Source: Escherichia phage T7. From it: a stretch of 36,575 bases of DNA. Of this stretch, positions 1 through 8,352 are shown in pieces (the stretch's first letter is position 1; each line of letters opens with the position of its first letter). The notes below the pieces were generated by a model. The model was not told the origin of the DNA, did not search any database, and saw nothing but the letters and a program-made list of their open reading frames with translations. The translations under genes and the position numbers were made by a program. The stretch lies in sequence record MZ375294.1; one strand, given 5' to 3'.

Positions 1-143
1 TCTCACAGTGTACGGACCTAAAGTTCCCCCCATAGGGTGTACCTAAAGCCCAGCCAATCACCTAAAGTCAACCTTCGGTTGACCTTGAGGGTTCCCTAAG
101 GGTTTGTCTTTGGGTGTTACCTTGAGTGTCTCTCTGTGTCCCT
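1..143 (+). repeat. Left direct terminal repeat (T7-type terminal redundancy)
   Basis: Bases 1-143 are repeated exactly at 36433-36575; begins TCTCACAGTGTACGG as in T7 genome ends. Confidence 0.95.
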
Positions 144-330
144 CTCTGTTACAGTCTCCTAAAGTATCCTCCTAAAGTCACCTCCTAACGTCCATCCTAA
201 AGCCAACACCTAAAGCCAACACCTAAAGACCCATCAAGTCACCGCCTATCTTAAAGTTTAAACATAAAGACCAGACCTAAAGACCAGACCTAAAGACACT
301 ACATAAAGACCAGACCTAAAGACGCCTTGT
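144..330 (+). repeat. Left-end array of short CCTAAAG / ACCTAAAGAC-type repeats (concatemer-junction/packaging region)
   Basis: Many closely spaced copies of cctaaag and agaccagacctaaag motifs; tandem 13-bp unit ctaaagccaacac x2 at 197-222. Confidence 0.8.
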
Positions 331-370
331 TGTTAGCCATAAAGTGATAACCTTTAATCATTGTCTTTAT

Positions 371-393
371 TAATACAACTCACTATAGGGAGA
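371..393 (+). promoter_or_regulatory. T7 RNAP promoter phiOL (replication-associated, left end)
   Basis: taatacaactcactatagggaga; 22/23 match to the T7 promoter consensus, A at -11. Confidence 0.85.
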
Positions 394-444
394 GACAACT
401 TAAAGAGACTTAAAAGATTAATTTAAAATTTATCAAAAAGAGTA

Positions 445-480
445 TTGACTTAAAGTCTAACCTATAGGATACTTACAGCC
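445..480 (+). promoter_or_regulatory. E. coli sigma70 early promoter A1
   Basis: -35 TTGACT (445-450), 17-nt spacer, -10 GATACT (468-473). Confidence 0.8.
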
Positions 481-571
481 ATCGAGAGGGACACGGCGAA
501 TAGCCATCCCAATCGACACCGGGGTCAACCGGATAAGTAGACAGCCTGATAAGTCGCACGAAAAACAGGTA

Positions 572-610
572 TTGACAACATGAAAGTAACATGCAGTAAG
601 ATACAAATCG
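572..610 (+). promoter_or_regulatory. E. coli sigma70 early promoter A2
   Basis: -35 TTGACA (572-577), -10 TAAGAT (597-602); spacer counted as 19 nt. Confidence 0.7.
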
Positions 611-697
611 CTAGGTAACACTAGCAGCGTCAACCGGGCGCACAGTGCCTTCTAGGTGACTTAAGCGCACCACGGCACATAAGGTGAAACAAAACGG

Positions 698-735
698 TTG
701 ACAACATGAAGTAAACACGGTACGATGTACCACAT
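698..735 (+). promoter_or_regulatory. E. coli sigma70 early promoter A3
   Basis: -35 TTGACA (698-703), 17-nt spacer, -10 TACGAT (721-726). Confidence 0.8.
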
Positions 736-844
736 GAAACGACAGTGAGTCACCACACTGAAAGGTGATGCGGTCTAACGAAACCTGACCTAAGACGCTC
801 TTTAACAATCTGGTAAATAGCTCTTGAGTGCATGACTAGCGGAT

Positions 845-880
845 AACTCAAGGGTATCGCAAGGTGCCCTTTATGATATT
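845..880 (+). promoter_or_regulatory. RNase III processing hairpin R0.3
   Basis: actcaagggtatcgcaaggtgccctttatgat: imperfect hairpin of the ACTCAAGG...CCTTTATGA family that recurs before several genes in this window. Confidence 0.55.
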
Positions 881-908
881 CACTAATAACTGCACGAGGT
901 AACACAAG

Positions 909-1262
909 ATGGCTATGTCTAACATGACTTACAACAACGTTTTCGACCACGCTTACGAAATGCTGAAAGAAAACATCCGTTATGATGACATCCGTGACAC
1001 TGATGACCTGCACGATGCTATTCACATGGCTGCCGATAATGCAGTTCCGCACTACTACGCTGACATCTTGAGCGTAATGGCAAGTGAGGGCATTGACCTT
1101 GAGTTCGAAGACTCTGGTCTGATGCCTGACACCAAGGACGTAATCCGCATCCTGCAAGCGCGTATCTATGAGCAATTAACGATTGACCTCTGGGAAGACG
1201 CAGAAGACTTGCTCAATGAATACTTGGAGGAAGTCGAGGAGTACGAGGAGGATGAAGAGTAA
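909..1262 (+). CDS. ocr: Ocr, DNA-mimic anti-restriction protein (gene 0.3)
   Basis: 117-aa ORF, very acidic, ends [11 protein letters not shown]; first gene after the early promoters. Confidence 0.95.
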   Translation: MAMSNMTYNNVFDHAYEMLKENIRYDDIRDTDDLHDAIHMAADNAVPHYYADILSVMASEGIDLEFEDSGLMPDTKDVIRILQARIYEQLTIDLWEDAEDLLNEYLEEVEEYEEDEE

Positions 1263-1306
1263 TGTCTACTACCAACGTGCAATACGGTCTGACCGCTATC
1301 TCATAA
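1262..1306 (+). pseudogene. Gene 0.4 remnant: first 12 codons fused to sequence just upstream of gene 0.7 (genes 0.4-0.6 deleted)
   Basis: ATG overlaps ocr stop (TAATG); [17 protein letters not shown] stops after 14 aa; 0.7 RBS follows directly. Confidence 0.7.
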
Positions 1307-1328
1307 CGAACATAAAGGACACAATGCA

Positions 1329-2408
1329 ATGAACATTACCGACATCATGAACGCTATCGACGCAATCAAAGCACTGCCAATCTGTGAACTTGACAAGCGT
1401 CAAGGTATGCTTATCGACTTACTGGTCGAGATGGTCAACAGCGAGACGTGTGATGGCGAGCTAACCGAACTAAATCAGGCACTTGAGCATCAAGATTGGT
1501 GGACTACCTTGAAGTGTCTCACGGCTGACGCAGGGTTCAAGATGCTCGGTAATGGTCACTTCTCGGCTGCTTATAGTCACCCGCTGCTACCTAACAGAGT
1601 GATTAAGGTGGGCTTTAAGAAAGAGGATTCAGGCGCAGCCTATACCGCATTCTGCCGCATGTATCAGGGTCGTCCTGGTATCCCTAACGTCTACGATGTA
1701 CAGCGCCACGCTGGATGCTATACGGTGGTACTTGACGCACTTAAGGATTGCGAGCGTTTCAACAATGATGCCCATTATAAATACGCTGAGATTGCAAGCG
1801 ACATCATTGATTGCAATTCGGATGAGCATGATGAGTTAACTGGATGGGATGGTGAGTTTGTTGAAACTTGTAAACTAATCCGCAAGTTCTTTGAGGGCAT
1901 CGCCTCATTCGACATGCATAGCGGGAACATCATGTTCTCAAATGGAGACGTACCATACATCACCGACCCGGTATCATTCTCGCAGAAGAAAGACGGTGGC
2001 GCATTCAGCATCGACCCTGAGGAACTCATCAAGGAAGTCGAGGAAGTCGCACGACAGAAAGAAATTGACCGCGCTAAGGCCCGTAAAGAACGTCACGAGG
2101 GGCGCTTAGAGGCACGCAGATTCAAACGTCGCAACCGCAAGGCACGTAAAGCACACAAAGCTAAGCGCGAAAGAATGCTTGCTGCGTGGCGATGGGCTGA
2201 ACGTCAAGAACGGCGTAACCATGAGGTAGCTGTAGATGTACTAGGAAGAACCAATAACGCTATGCTCTGGGTCAACATGTTCTCTGGGGACTTTAAGGCG
2301 CTTGAGGAACGAATCGCGCTGCACTGGCGTAATGCTGACCGGATGGCTATCGCTAATGGTCTTACGCTCAACATTGATAAGCAACTTGACGCAATGTTAA
2401 TGGGCTGA
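1329..2408 (+). CDS. 0.7: Gene 0.7 serine/threonine protein kinase (host transcription shutoff)
   Basis: 359-aa ORF with basic Arg/Lys-rich C-terminal segment; position and length match T7 gp0.7. Confidence 0.93.
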
Positions 2409-2409
2409 T

Positions 2410-2470
2410 AGTCTTATCTTACAGGTCATCTGCGGGTGGCCTGAATAGGTACGATTTACTAACTGGAAGA
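2410..2470 (+). promoter_or_regulatory. RNase III processing site R1 upstream of gene 1
   Basis: Structured leader between 0.7 stop and gene 1 RBS (gaagaggcactaaATG). Confidence 0.5.
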
Positions 2471-2478
2471 GGCACTAA

Positions 2479-5130
2479 ATGAACACGATTAACATCGCTA
2501 AGAACGACTTCTCTGACATCGAACTGGCTGCTATCCCGTTCAACACTCTGGCTGACCATTACGGTGAGCGTTTAGCTCGCGAACAGTTGGCCCTTGAGCA
2601 TGAGTCTTACGAGATGGGTGAAGCACGCTTCCGCAAGATGTTTGAGCGTCAACTTAAAGCTGGTGAGGTTGCGGATAACGCTGCCGCCAAGCCTCTCATC
2701 ACTACCCTACTCCCTAAGATGATTGCACGCATCAACGACTGGTTTGAGGAAGTGAAAGCTAAGTGCGGCAAGCGCCCGACAGCCTTCCAGTTCCTGCAAG
2801 AAATCAAGCCGGAAGCCGTAGCGTACATCACCATTAAGACCACTCTGGCTTGCCTAACCAGTGCTGACAATACAACCGTTCAGGCTGCAGCAAGCGCAAT
2901 CGGTCGGGCCATTGAGGACGAGGCTCGCTTCGGTCGTATCCGTGACCTTGAAGCTAAGCACTTCAAGAAAAACGTTGAGGAACAACTCAACAAGCGCGTA
3001 GGGCACGTCTACAAGAAAGCATTTATGCGAGTTGTCGAGGCTGACATGCTCTCTAAGGGTCTACTCGGTGGCGAGGCGTGGTCTTCGTGGCATAAGGAAG
3101 ACTCTATTCATGTAGGAGTACGCTGCATCGAGATGCTCATTGAGTCAACCGGAATGGTTAGCTTACACCGCCAAAATGCTGGCGTAGTAGGTCAAGACTC
3201 TGAGACTATCGGACTCGCACCTGAATACGCTGAGGCTATCGCAACCCGTGCAGGTGCGCTGGCTGGCATCTCTCCGATGTTCCAACCTTGCGTAGTTCCT
3301 CCTAAGCCGTGGACTGGCATTACTGGTGGTGGCTATTGGGCTAACGGTCGTCGTCCTCTGGCGCTGGTGCGTACTCACAGTAAGAAAGCACTGATGCGCT
3401 ACGAAGACGTTTACATGCCTGAGGTGTACAAAGCGATTAACATTGCGCAAAACACCGCATGGAAAATCAACAAGAAAGTCCTAGCGGTCGCCAACGTAAT
3501 CACCAAGTGGAAGCATTGTCCGGTCGAGGACATCCCTGCGATTGAGCGTGAAGAACTCCCGATGAAACCGGAAGACATCGACATGAATCCTGAGGCTCTC
3601 ACCGCGTGGAAACGTGCTGCCGCTGCTGTGTACCGCAAGGACAAGGCTCGCAAGTCTCGCCGTATCAGCCTTGAGTTCATGCTTGAGCAAGCCAATAAGT
3701 TTGCTAACCATAAGGCCATCTGGTTCCCTTACAACATGGACTGGCGCGGTCGTGTTTACGCTGTGTCAATGTTCAACCCGCAAGGTAACGATATGACCAA
3801 AGGACTGCTTACGCTGGCGAAAGGTAAACCAATCGGTAAGGAAGGTTACTACTGGCTGAAAATCCACGGTGCAAACTGTGCGGGTGTCGATAAGGTTCCG
3901 TTCCCTGAGCGCATCAAGTTCATTGAGGAAAACCACGAGAACATCATGGCTTGCGCTAAGTCTCCACTGGAGAACACTTGGTGGGCTGAGCAAGATTCTC
4001 CGTTCTGCTTCCTTGCGTTCTGCTTTGAGTACGCTGGGGTACAGCACCACGGCCTGAGCTATAACTGCTCCCTTCCGCTGGCGTTTGACGGGTCTTGCTC
4101 TGGCATCCAGCACTTCTCCGCGATGCTCCGAGATGAGGTAGGTGGTCGCGCGGTTAACTTGCTTCCTAGTGAAACCGTTCAGGACATCTACGGGATTGTT
4201 GCTAAGAAAGTCAACGAGATTCTACAAGCAGACGCAATCAATGGGACCGATAACGAAGTAGTTACCGTGACCGATGAGAACACTGGTGAAATCTCTGAGA
4301 AAGTCAAGCTGGGCACTAAGGCACTGGCTGGTCAATGGCTGGCTTACGGTGTTACTCGCAGTGTGACTAAGCGTTCAGTCATGACGCTGGCTTACGGGTC
4401 CAAAGAGTTCGGCTTCCGTCAACAAGTGCTGGAAGATACCATTCAGCCAGCTATTGATTCCGGCAAGGGTCTGATGTTCACTCAGCCGAATCAGGCTGCT
4501 GGATACATGGCTAAGCTGATTTGGGAATCTGTGAGCGTGACGGTGGTAGCTGCGGTTGAAGCAATGAACTGGCTTAAGTCTGCTGCTAAGCTGCTGGCTG
4601 CTGAGGTCAAAGATAAGAAGACTGGAGAGATTCTTCGCAAGCGTTGCGCTGTGCATTGGGTAACTCCTGATGGTTTCCCTGTGTGGCAGGAATACAAGAA
4701 GCCTATTCAGACGCGCTTGAACCTGATGTTCCTCGGTCAGTTCCGCTTACAGCCTACCATTAACACCAACAAAGATAGCGAGATTGATGCACACAAACAG
4801 GAGTCTGGTATCGCTCCTAACTTTGTACACAGCCAAGACGGTAGCCACCTTCGTAAGACTGTAGTGTGGGCACACGAGAAGTACGGAATCGAATCTTTTG
4901 CACTGATTCACGACTCCTTCGGTACCATTCCGGCTGACGCTGCGAACCTGTTCAAAGCAGTGCGCGAAACTATGGTTGACACATATGAGTCTTGTGATGT
5001 ACTGGCTGATTTCTACGACCAGTTCGCTGACCAGTTGCACGAGTCTCAATTGGACAAAATGTCAGCACTTCCGGCTAAAGGTAACTTGAACCTCCGTGAC
5101 ATCTTAGAGTCGGACTTCGCGTTCGCGTAA
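2479..5130 (+). CDS. 1: T7 RNA polymerase (gene 1), single-subunit DNA-directed RNA polymerase
   Basis: 883-aa ORF starting MNTINIAKNDFSDIELAAIPF and ending ILESDFAFA. Confidence 0.98.
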   Translation: MNTINIAKNDFSDIELAAIPFNTLADHYGERLAREQLALEHESYEMGEARFRKMFERQLKAGEVADNAAAKPLITTLLPKMIARINDWFEEVKAKCGKRPTAFQFLQEIKPEAVAYITIKTTLACLTSADNTTVQAAASAIGRAIEDEARFGRIRDLEAKHFKKNVEEQLNKRVGHVYKKAFMRVVEADMLSKGLLGGEAWSSWHKEDSIHVGVRCIEMLIESTGMVSLHRQNAGVVGQDSETIGLAPEYAEAIATRAGALAGISPMFQPCVVPPKPWTGITGGGYWANGRRPLALVRTHSKKALMRYEDVYMPEVYKAINIAQNTAWKINKKVLAVANVITKWKHCPVEDIPAIEREELPMKPEDIDMNPEALTAWKRAAAAVYRKDKARKSRRISLEFMLEQANKFANHKAIWFPYNMDWRGRVYAVSMFNPQGNDMTKGLLTLAKGKPIGKEGYYWLKIHGANCAGVDKVPFPERIKFIEENHENIMACAKSPLENTWWAEQDSPFCFLAFCFEYAGVQHHGLSYNCSLPLAFDGSCSGIQHFSAMLRDEVGGRAVNLLPSETVQDIYGIVAKKVNEILQADAINGTDNEVVTVTDENTGEISEKVKLGTKALAGQWLAYGVTRSVTKRSVMTLAYGSKEFGFRQQVLEDTIQPAIDSGKGLMFTQPNQAAGYMAKLIWESVSVTVVAAVEAMNWLKSAAKLLAAEVKDKKTGEILRKRCAVHWVTPDGFPVWQEYKKPIQTRLNLMFLGQFRLQPTINTNKDSEIDAHKQESGIAPNFVHSQDGSHLRKTVVWAHEKYGIESFALIHDSFGTIPADAANLFKAVRETMVDTYESCDVLADFYDQFADQLHESQLDKMSALPAKGNLNLRDILESDFAFA

Positions 5131-5138
5131 CGCCAAAT

Positions 5139-5161
5139 TAATACGACTCACTATAGAGGGA
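5139..5161 (+). promoter_or_regulatory. T7 RNAP promoter phi1.1A
   Basis: taatacgactcactatagaggga. Confidence 0.9.
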
Positions 5162-5163
5162 CA

Positions 5164-5203
5164 AACTCAAGGTCATTCGCAAGAGTGGCCTTTATGATTG
5201 ACC
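5164..5203 (+). promoter_or_regulatory. RNase III processing hairpin R1.1
   Basis: actcaaggtcattcgcaagagtggcctttatgattgacc. Confidence 0.6.
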
Positions 5204-5213
5204 TTCTTCCGGT

Positions 5214-5236
5214 TAATACGACTCACTATAGGAGAA
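5214..5236 (+). promoter_or_regulatory. T7 RNAP promoter phi1.1B
   Basis: taatacgactcactataggagaa. Confidence 0.9.
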
Positions 5237-5314
5237 CCTTAAGGTTTAACTTTAAGACCCTTAAGTGTTAATTAGAGATTTAAATTAAAGAATTATTAAG
5301 AGAGGACTTTAAGT
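5237..5314 (+). other. AT-rich segment of the primary origin of DNA replication (downstream of phi1.1A/phi1.1B)
   Basis: ccttaaggtttaactttaagacccttaagtgttaattagagatttaaattaaagaattattaagag; strongly AT-rich immediately after the paired promoters. Confidence 0.7.
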
Positions 5315-5443
5315 ATGCGTAACTTCGAAAAGATGACCAAACGTTCTAACCGTAATGCTCGTGACTTCGAGGCAACCAAAGGTCGCAAGTTGAATAAGAC
5401 TAAGCGTGACCGCTCTCACAAGCGTAGCTGGGAGGGTCAGTAA
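5315..5443 (+). CDS. 1.1: Gene 1.1 small basic protein, function unknown
   Basis: 42-aa ORF MRNFEKMTKRSNRNARDFEATKGRKLNKTKRDRSHKRSWEGQ. Confidence 0.8.
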   Translation: MRNFEKMTKRSNRNARDFEATKGRKLNKTKRDRSHKRSWEGQ

Positions 5444-5444
5444 G

Positions 5445-5702
5445 ATGGGACGTTTATATAGTGGTAATCTGGCAGCATTCAAGGCAGCAACAAACAAGCT
5501 GTTCCAGTTAGACTTAGCGGTCATTTATGATGACTGGTATGATGCCTATACAAGAAAAGATTGCATACGGTTACGTATTGAGGACAGGAGTGGAAACCTG
5601 ATTGATACTAGCACCTTCTACCACCACGACGAGGACGTTCTGTTCAATATGTGTACTGATTGGTTGAACCATATGTATGACCAGTTGAAGGACTGGAAGT
5701 AA
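5445..5702 (+). CDS. 1.2: Gene 1.2 inhibitor of host dGTP triphosphohydrolase
   Basis: 85-aa ORF MGRLYSGNLAAFKAATNKLF...; the track ORF 5406-5702 is an upstream extension of the same frame. Confidence 0.85.
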   Translation: MGRLYSGNLAAFKAATNKLFQLDLAVIYDDWYDAYTRKDCIRLRIEDRSGNLIDTSTFYHHDEDVLFNMCTDWLNHMYDQLKDWK

Positions 5703-5722
5703 TACGACTCAGTATAGGGACA
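5700..5722 (+). promoter_or_regulatory. T7 RNAP promoter phi1.3
   Basis: taatacgactcagtatagggaca. Confidence 0.85.
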
Positions 5723-5724
5723 AT

Positions 5725-5760
5725 GCTTAAGGTCGCTCTCTAGGAGTGGCCTTAGTCATT
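5725..5760 (+). promoter_or_regulatory. RNase III processing hairpin R1.3
   Basis: gcttaaggtcgctctctaggagtggccttagtcatt. Confidence 0.55.
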
Positions 5761-5782
5761 TAACCAATAGGAGATAAACATT

Positions 5783-6862
5783 ATGATGAACATTAAGACT
5801 AACCCGTTTAAAGCCGTGTCTTTCGTAGAGTCTGCCATTAAGAAGGCTCTGGATAACGCTGGATATCTTATCGCTGAAATCAAGTACGATGGTGTACGCG
5901 GGAACATCTGCGTAGACAATACTGCTAACAGTTACTGGCTCTCTCGTGTATCTAAAACGATTCCGGCACTGGAGCACTTAAACGGGTTTGATGTTCGCTG
6001 GAAGCGTCTACTGAACGATGACCGTTGCTTCTACAAAGATGGCTTTATGCTTGATGGGGAACTCATGGTCAAGGGCGTAGACTTTAACACAGGGTCCGGC
6101 CTACTGCGTACCAAATGGACTGACACGAAGAACCAAGAGTTCCATGAAGAGTTATTCGTTGAACCAATCCGTAAGAAAGATAAAGTTCCCTTTAAGCTGC
6201 ACACTGGACACCTTCACATAAAACTGTACGCTATCCTCCCGCTGCACATCGTGGAGTCTGGAGAAGACTGTGATGTCATGACGTTGCTCATGCAGGAACA
6301 CGTTAAGAACATGCTGCCTCTGCTACAGGAATACTTCCCTGAAATCGAATGGCAAGCGGCTGAATCTTACGAGGTCTACGATATGGTAGAACTACAGCAA
6401 CTGTACGAGCAGAAGCGAGCAGAAGGCCATGAGGGTCTCATTGTGAAAGACCCGATGTGTATCTATAAGCGCGGTAAGAAATCTGGCTGGTGGAAAATGA
6501 AACCTGAGAACGAAGCTGACGGTATCATTCAGGGTCTGGTATGGGGTACAAAAGGTCTGGCTAATGAAGGTAAAGTGATTGGTTTTGAGGTGCTTCTTGA
6601 GAGTGGTCGTTTAGTTAACGCCACGAATATCTCTCGCGCCTTAATGGATGAGTTCACTGAGACAGTAAAAGAGGCCACCCTAAGTCAATGGGGATTCTTT
6701 AGCCCATACGGTATTGGCGACAACGATGCTTGTACTATTAACCCTTACGATGGCTGGGCGTGTCAAATTAGCTACATGGAGGAAACACCTGATGGCTCTT
6801 TGCGGCACCCATCGTTCGTAATGTTCCGTGGCACCGAGGACAACCCTCAAGAGAAAATGTAA
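5783..6862 (+). CDS. 1.3: ATP-dependent DNA ligase (gene 1.3)
   Basis: 359-aa ORF; adenylation motif EIKYDGVR with active-site Lys. Confidence 0.95.
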   Translation: MMNIKTNPFKAVSFVESAIKKALDNAGYLIAEIKYDGVRGNICVDNTANSYWLSRVSKTIPALEHLNGFDVRWKRLLNDDRCFYKDGFMLDGELMVKGVDFNTGSGLLRTKWTDTKNQEFHEELFVEPIRKKDKVPFKLHTGHLHIKLYAILPLHIVESGEDCDVMTLLMQEHVKNMLPLLQEYFPEIEWQAAESYEVYDMVELQQLYEQKRAEGHEGLIVKDPMCIYKRGKKSGWWKMKPENEADGIIQGLVWGTKGLANEGKVIGFEVLLESGRLVNATNISRALMDEFTETVKEATLSQWGFFSPYGIGDNDACTINPYDGWACQISYMEETPDGSLRHPSFVMFRGTEDNPQEKM

Positions 6863-6867
6863 TCACA

Positions 6868-6900
6868 CTGGCTCACCTTCGGGTGGGCCTTTCTGCGTTT
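6868..6900 (+). terminator. TE, intrinsic terminator for host RNA polymerase early transcription
   Basis: GC-rich hairpin ggctcaccttcgggtgggcc followed by tttctgcgttt. Confidence 0.8.
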
Positions 6901-6912
6901 ATAAGGAGACAC

Positions 6913-6935
6913 TTTTACGACTCACTAAAGGAGGT
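6913..6935 (+). promoter_or_regulatory. T7 RNAP promoter phi1.5, upstream edge altered (TTT instead of TAA at -17 to -15)
   Basis: tttTACGACTCACTAAAGGAGGT; positions -14 to +6 are promoter-like, -17 to -15 replaced by the deletion junction. Confidence 0.65.
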
Positions 6936-6942
6936 ACACACC

Positions 6943-7032
6943 ATGATGTACTTAATGCCATTACTCATCGTCATTGTAGGATGCCTTGCGCTCCACTGTA
7001 GCGATGATGATATGCCAGATGGTCACGCTTAA
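6943..7032 (+). CDS. 1.5: Gene 1.5 small protein, function unknown
   Basis: 29-aa ORF MMYLMPLLIVIVGCLALHCSDDDMPDGHA with RBS AGGAGGT. Confidence 0.7.
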   Translation: MMYLMPLLIVIVGCLALHCSDDDMPDGHA

Positions 7033-7052
7033 TACGACTCACTAAAGGAGAC
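7030..7052 (+). promoter_or_regulatory. T7 RNAP promoter phi1.6
   Basis: taatacgactcactaaaggagac. Confidence 0.88.
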
Positions 7053-7057
7053 ACTAT

Positions 7058-7318
7058 ATGTTTCGACTTCATTACAACAAAAGCGTTAAGAATTTCACGG
7101 TTCGCCGTGCTGACCGTTCAATCGTATGTGCGAGCGAGCGCCGAGCTAAGATACCTCTTATTGGTAACACAGTTCCTTTGGCACCGAGCGTCCACATCAT
7201 TATCACCCGTGGTGACTTTGAGAAAGCAATAGACAAGAAACGTCCGGTTCTTAGTGTGGCAGTGACCCGCTTCCCGTTCGTCCGTCTGTTACTCAAACGA
7301 ATCAAGGAGGTGTTCTGA
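7058..7318 (+). CDS. 1.6: Gene 1.6 protein, function unknown
   Basis: 86-aa [18 protein letters not shown]... Confidence 0.8.
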
Positions 7319-7353
7319 TGGGACTGTTAGATGGTGAAGCCTGGGAAACATAA
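7318..7353 (+). pseudogene. Gene 1.7 remnant (most of the gene deleted)
   Basis: ATG overlaps 1.6 stop (TGATGG); [14 protein letters not shown] stops after 11 aa, followed directly by the gene 1.8 start region. Confidence 0.7.
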
Positions 7354-7364
7354 GGATAAATGTT

Positions 7365-7705
<341 letters not shown>

Positions 7706-7708
<3 letters not shown>

Positions 7709-7728
7709 TACGACTCACTATTAGGGAA
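7706..7728 (+). promoter_or_regulatory. T7 RNAP promoter phi2.5 (initiates with A)
   Basis: taatacgactcactattagggaa. Confidence 0.88.
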
Positions 7729-7773
7729 GACTCCCTCTGAGAAACCAAACGAAACCTAAAGGAGATTAACATT

Positions 7774-8352
7774 ATGGCTAAGAAGATTTTCACCTCTGCG
7801 CTGGGTACCGCTGAACCTTACGCTTACATCGCCAAGCCGGACTACGGCAACGAAGAGCGTGGCTTTGGGAACCCTCGTGGTGTCTATAAAGTTGACCTGA
7901 CTATTCCCAACAAAGACCCGCGCTGCCAGCGTATGGTCGATGAAATCGTGAAGTGTCACGAAGAGGCTTATGCTGCTGCCGTTGAGGAATACGAAGCTAA
8001 TCCACCTGCTGTAGCTCGTGGTAAGAAACCGCTGAAACCGTATGAGGGTGACATGCCGTTCTTCGATAACGGTGACGGTACGACTACCTTTAAGTTCAAA
8101 TGCTACGCGTCTTTCCAAGACAAGAAGACCAAAGAGACCAAGCACATCAATCTGGTTGTGGTTGACTCAAAAGGTAAGAAGATGGAAGACGTTCCGATTA
8201 TCGGTGGTGGCTCTAAGCTGAAAGTTAAATATTCTCTGGTTCCATACAAGTGGAACACTGCTGTAGGTGCGAGCGTTAAGCTGCAACTGGAATCCGTGAT
8301 GCTGGTCGAACTGGCTACCTTTGGTGGCGGTGAAGACGATTGGGCTGACTAA
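7774..8352 (+). CDS. 2.5: Single-stranded DNA-binding protein gp2.5, truncated by premature TAA (192 aa; acidic C-terminal tail codons remain in frame downstream to 8472)
   Basis: ORF MAKKIFTSALGTAEPYAYIAKPDYGNEERGF...GGEDDWAD then TAA at 8350-8352; same frame continues VEENGYVASGSAKASKPRDEESWDEDDEESEEADEDGDF to TAA at 8470-8472. Confidence 0.9.
   Translation: MAKKIFTSALGTAEPYAYIAKPDYGNEERGFGNPRGVYKVDLTIPNKDPRCQRMVDEIVKCHEEAYAAAVEEYEANPPAVARGKKPLKPYEGDMPFFDNGDGTTTFKFKCYASFQDKKTKETKHINLVVVDSKGKKMEDVPIIGGGSKLKVKYSLVPYKWNTAVGASVKLQLESVMLVELATFGGGEDDWAD

Noticed and set aside
144-330. Left-end short repeats as a possible CRISPR-like or regulatory array
   Set aside because: Repeat units are irregular in length and spacing and match the known T7 left-end repeat organisation next to the terminal repeat, not a repeat-spacer architecture.
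750-1175. 141-aa minus-strand ORF overlapping the early promoter region and ocr
   Set aside because: Antisense to the well-supported ocr gene and the early leader. T7-type genomes are transcribed entirely left to right, and there are no promoter or RBS signals on this strand.
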